Below are positions 34,890 through 38,010 of a stretch of DNA of 38,010 bases, in pieces. How positions within the stretch are numbered: the stretch's first letter is position 1; each line of letters starts with the position of its first letter. The stretch is from a virus (taxonomy: Duplodnaviria > Caudoviricetes). Below the pieces are notes generated by a model. The model saw only the letters and a list, made by a program, of their open reading frames with translations, was not told the origin of the DNA and did no database searches. The position numbers and the translations under genes are program-made. The stretch lies in the IMG/VR virus record IMGVR_UViG_3300037565_000020, positions 1 to 38,010 of that record; one strand, 5' to 3'.

Positions 34890-36263
34890 ATGATCCGAGC
34901 ATTTACCGGCCGAGCTGAACGGACACCGATTGTCGTCGAGAAACGCGAGGCCGTGTCGACCGCGACACAGGATCGAGAGATCCTCGAGGCGCTCGGATTG
35001 ATCGAGGGCGGATCGTCGTTCAATATCGGGATCACCGAACGGACCGCGCTGAACATCACAGCGGTTTGGAGCGCGGTTAGATATATCGCCGACACGATCG
35101 CGATGCTCCCGACCTATGTTCAGGAACGGGTCAGCGACGACGAGTTCAAGCGGATACACGACCACCCGGTCGCCGAGTTCCTGCGATCCCCGATGCCCGA
35201 ATGCCCCGAGTACACGACGACGCAAACCCTGCTCGCGTCGGCGAACCTGCATGGGAACGGTCTCGCGCTGATCGAATGGTCTCGAGGTCGCGACCCTATC
35301 GGGCTGCGAATCATGGACGCCCGGTCATTCAACGCGAGATACCTCGACGCTCGTGAGCTGTTCCCGAAAGCGTTTGTGTATGAGTTCCCCGTACTTGGCG
35401 CGAGCGGGTATCGATTCGCACCGAACGATGTCCTGCACATTCGCACACTCTGCACGATCAGCAACGCGGGCAACAATGTTTACAAGGGTCTGTCGCCGAT
35501 CAAACAAGCGGCGAGGACCCTCGCGATCGCGACGGCGGGCGACAACTACTCGGGGCACCTGTACGCGGGCGGCGCCAAACCTGCGGGCGTCGTCTCGCTC
35601 GACGGGACAATGAGCGACGAGGCGTACAAGCGATTCAGGGAGTCGCTCAATCGGATCATGTCTCGGATCAGGTCAGACCCCGGCGCCGTCGATGCGGGTC
35701 CGCTCATCTTGGAAGATGGCGCCACATTCAACCCGTGGGGCATGACGGCCGAGGATGTCCAACTACTCATGACTCGCCGATTCCAAGTCGAGGAAATCGC
35801 TCGACTGTATCGGGTCCCCCCACACAAGATCGGTTCGCTCGAGAAATCATCGTTCAACAATATCGAGCAACAGAACATCGACGCCGTCACCGACTCGCTG
35901 CAGCCGTGGGTCGAGCAGCTCGAGCAGGAGTTCAGCCGCAAGCTGATCCACCCGTCCGAGCGTGGGCGGTTCCGGGTGCGGTTCGACCTGAACGGGGTCC
36001 TGCGCGGCGACTTCAAGTCGCGGACCGAGGGATACAGAAACCTCGCGATGATCGGATCGATGAGCGCCGACGAGGCCCGCGTCGCCGAGGGGATGAACAA
36101 GCTCCCGAACGGGATGGGATCTCGCCCCCGCGTCGCGGTAAACACGATGCCAGCTCCGACGACCGAGCAGGCCGACAAGCATGTCGAGAAGATCATCACC
36201 GAGGCAAAGACACCGACGGAAACAGCCCCGGGCACGGGCGACGGCGGCGACGGCGACAAATAA
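34890..36263 (+). CDS. Portal protein, HK97 family
   Basis: AVWSAVRYIADTIAMLP, GLSPI, EEIARLYRVPPHKIG, NNIEQQ and LRGDFKSR motifs. Confidence 0.96.
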   Translation: MIRAFTGRAERTPIVVEKREAVSTATQDREILEALGLIEGGSSFNIGITERTALNITAVWSAVRYIADTIAMLPTYVQERVSDDEFKRIHDHPVAEFLRSPMPECPEYTTTQTLLASANLHGNGLALIEWSRGRDPIGLRIMDARSFNARYLDARELFPKAFVYEFPVLGASGYRFAPNDVLHIRTLCTISNAGNNVYKGLSPIKQAARTLAIATAGDNYSGHLYAGGAKPAGVVSLDGTMSDEAYKRFRESLNRIMSRIRSDPGAVDAGPLILEDGATFNPWGMTAEDVQLLMTRRFQVEEIARLYRVPPHKIGSLEKSSFNNIEQQNIDAVTDSLQPWVEQLEQEFSRKLIHPSERGRFRVRFDLNGVLRGDFKSRTEGYRNLAMIGSMSADEARVAEGMNKLPNGMGSRPRVAVNTMPAPTTEQADKHVEKIITEAKTPTETAPGTGDGGDGDK

Positions 36264-36291
36264 GTTATAATCCCCGCATAGGAGATCAACG

Positions 36292-37002
36292 ATGTCTGTG
36301 ACACTGACACACGAACCGGGCAAGCTCGCGACCGAAACCCGTCGACTCGAGGGTCGCATTGAGCTGCGGGAATCCGACGACGGGACCGTCACCCTGACGG
36401 GGAAAGCGATCGTCTACAACTCACTCAGCGACGACCTGTGGGGCATGCGCGAGAAGTTCATACCCGGGGCGTTCGCGTCATCGCTCGAGGGCGACGATAC
36501 CGACGATGTCCGGGCGCTCGCTCATCACAACCGAGATCAGGTCATCGGTCGACAGAGCGCGGGGACGCTGCGACTTAACGATCAGCCCGACGCGCTGTAT
36601 TTCGAGATCGACATGCCAAAGACGAGCTACGCGAACGACCTCGTCGAGTCGATCCGCCGGGGGGATATCACCGGAATGAGTTTCGGATTCCGGGCGATTG
36701 AGGACGAATGGGACTATGACGACACGACGGGCGCCAACCTGCGAACGGTCAAGAAAGCGAGACTCAGGGAGATCTCGCCCGTCTCGTGGCCCGCATACCC
36801 ACAGAGTGTCGTCGACGCTGAAAAGCGGAATCTCAGCGAAACGCTCGACGAGGTTCGTGCTAAACTGCAGGAAAGCGACAAGGGTGATGACACCGGAGAC
36901 GGTGGGGATGGTGGCGGGACTTTGAACAACGAACATAGGGAATCCCTCGAGCTGTGGCGTACACAGATCGAACTTGAATCCGGGGCGACACCCGGCCAGT
37001 GA
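36292..37002 (+). CDS. HK97-family prohead protease
   Basis: GKAIVYNSLS...PGAF...DVRALAHHN...GR...GMSFGF...EISPVSWPAYP; AGGAG RBS. Confidence 0.95.
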   Translation: MSVTLTHEPGKLATETRRLEGRIELRESDDGTVTLTGKAIVYNSLSDDLWGMREKFIPGAFASSLEGDDTDDVRALAHHNRDQVIGRQSAGTLRLNDQPDALYFEIDMPKTSYANDLVESIRRGDITGMSFGFRAIEDEWDYDDTTGANLRTVKKARLREISPVSWPAYPQSVVDAEKRNLSETLDEVRAKLQESDKGDDTGDGGDGGGTLNNEHRESLELWRTQIELESGATPGQ

Positions 37003-37035
37003 GAACCGACACGAGGTCGGAATAGGAGCGCAAAG

Positions 37036-38010
37036 ATGCCAGCAACAAAGAAAGCCGATTTGTCAAGTCGCCTCGACACCCTCGAGGCAACCCGCAAAAA
37101 GAACATGGACGCGGCCGCGTCGATCATCGATAAGGCGATGTCCGAAAAGGACGACGCTGGGAACGAGGGTCGCGCGATGACAGCCGACGAGCGTACCGAG
37201 GTTCGCGGCCTGCAGACGGCCGCAAAGGAAGCACAGGAACAGATCGATATCCTGCGCGAGCAGCTCGGTCTCTCCGACACGGCGGACCCCGGGAAACTTC
37301 ACCTCATCAAAACAGCGGGATCGACGCGAGGCGCGAACGACGCCGAGGAAATCAGCGAGGAAGAAAAGCGATACGCTGACGCATTCTGGAAGATGCATAA
37401 GCACGGCGAGCGGAGTCTGTCGAACGACGACCTCGAGACACTGCACGCCCGTCGCGTCGAAAGCCGAGATCTCTCGGCGGGCACCGACGCCGACGGCGGG
37501 TTCACTGTTCCTACGGGTTTTTGGCCCAAGCTCATCGATAAGCAAAAGGCGTACACATGGTTTGACGCCGCGGGCGTTTCGTACCTCCCGACCGCTCAGG
37601 GTCACGACATGCCGTTCCCGGTTTCTGACGGGACCGCTGAGATCGGTGAGCTCATCGCCGAAAACACGGCGGCGGCAACTGCGAACCCGACATTCACACA
37701 GCTCACCCTCGGCGCCTATCTGTTCTCGTCGAAACAGGTCCGCGCGTCGCGTGTGCTCATGCAGGACAGCGCGATTGATATCGAGGGGTTCCTCGCGAAG
37801 CGACTCGGCGAACGACTCGGTCGAATCGTCGCTCAGTACGCGACGACCGGCACGGGCACGGCGCAGCCGTACGGTGTCGTGACTCAGGCGTCGGCGGGCG
37901 TGACGGCGACCGGGACAACCGCGATCACCCTCGACGAGATCATCGACCTGCAGCATTCCATCGATCCCGCATATCGCGGGAATGGCCGTTGGATGTTCCA
38001 TGACAATGTG
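37036..38010 (+). CDS. HK97-family major capsid protein, N-terminal part (full gene 37036-37883 + 1-451, 432 aa)
   Basis: AGGAG RBS; MPATKKADL... coiled-coil delta domain, then DGGFTVPTGF, LMQDSAIDIEGFL and TGTGTAQPYGV. Missing from the ORF track because it runs off the window end. Confidence 0.95.
   Translation, partial: MPATKKADLSSRLDTLEATRKKNMDAAASIIDKAMSEKDDAGNEGRAMTADERTEVRGLQTAAKEAQEQIDILREQLGLSDTADPGKLHLIKTAGSTRGANDAEEISEEEKRYADAFWKMHKHGERSLSNDDLETLHARRVESRDLSAGTDADGGFTVPTGFWPKLIDKQKAYTWFDAAGVSYLPTAQGHDMPFPVSDGTAEIGELIAENTAAATANPTFTQLTLGAYLFSSKQVRASRVLMQDSAIDIEGFLAKRLGERLGRIVAQYATTGTGTAQPYGVVTQASAGVTATGTTAITLDEIIDLQHSIDPAYRGNGRWMFHDNV
37884..38010. repeat. Terminal direct repeat, right copy (circular-assembly overlap)
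   Basis: Identical to 1-127. Confidence 0.95.

Noticed and set aside
1-37883. Cyanobacterial host inferred from recurrent GCGATCGC (HIP1)
   Set aside because: The octamer seems to be part of a general CGATCG/TCGA excess, and no cyanophage-type genes are present.
1-37883. Stop-codon reassignment, tRNA or other structured RNA genes
   Set aside because: Core genes are intact in the standard code with TGA, TAA and TAG all used as stops; intergenic gaps are short and show no cloverleaf.
37884-38010. 127-bp terminal repeat as a biological DTR or att site
   Set aside because: It lies mid-capsid gene, matches a standard assembler k-mer length, and the terminase is cos type.

Overview
The window is an apparently complete, circularly assembled tailed-phage genome. 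Bases 1-127 are repeated exactly at 37884-38010, giving a unit length of 37,883 bp, and GC is about 60-65% by eye. It is an HK97/lambda-like siphovirus opened inside the major capsid gene. Gene order (almost all + strand): HNH, putative cos region, terS, terL, portal, protease, capsid, head-tail genes with an RcGTA-type head-spike base gene inserted, tail tube, G/GT frameshift chaperone, tape measure, distal tail/tip genes, and a 1690-aa NlpC/P60-gpI-gpJ fusion carrying lectin-like inserts. These are followed by a holin-like membrane protein, fibre genes (including a 1018-aa LamG/beta-helix/Ig protein), and a single antisense lipoprotein gene. Next come a divergent control region with a 17-bp-periodic operator array and an early/replication block: HTH, SNF2 helicase, SSB-like protein, RepB-type AEP primase, a 152-aa mini protein kinase, an N4/N6 DNA methyltransferase, an iteron/hairpin ori-like spacer, a UvrD-like helicase and a VRR-NUC nuclease. 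I recognise no DNA polymerase, integrase, partition genes or endolysin. The genome appears to avoid ACGT (and largely CCWGG) while being very rich in TCGA/GATC palindromes. A Planctomycetota host is a tentative inference. All family calls come from motif recognition by eye, not from database searches.
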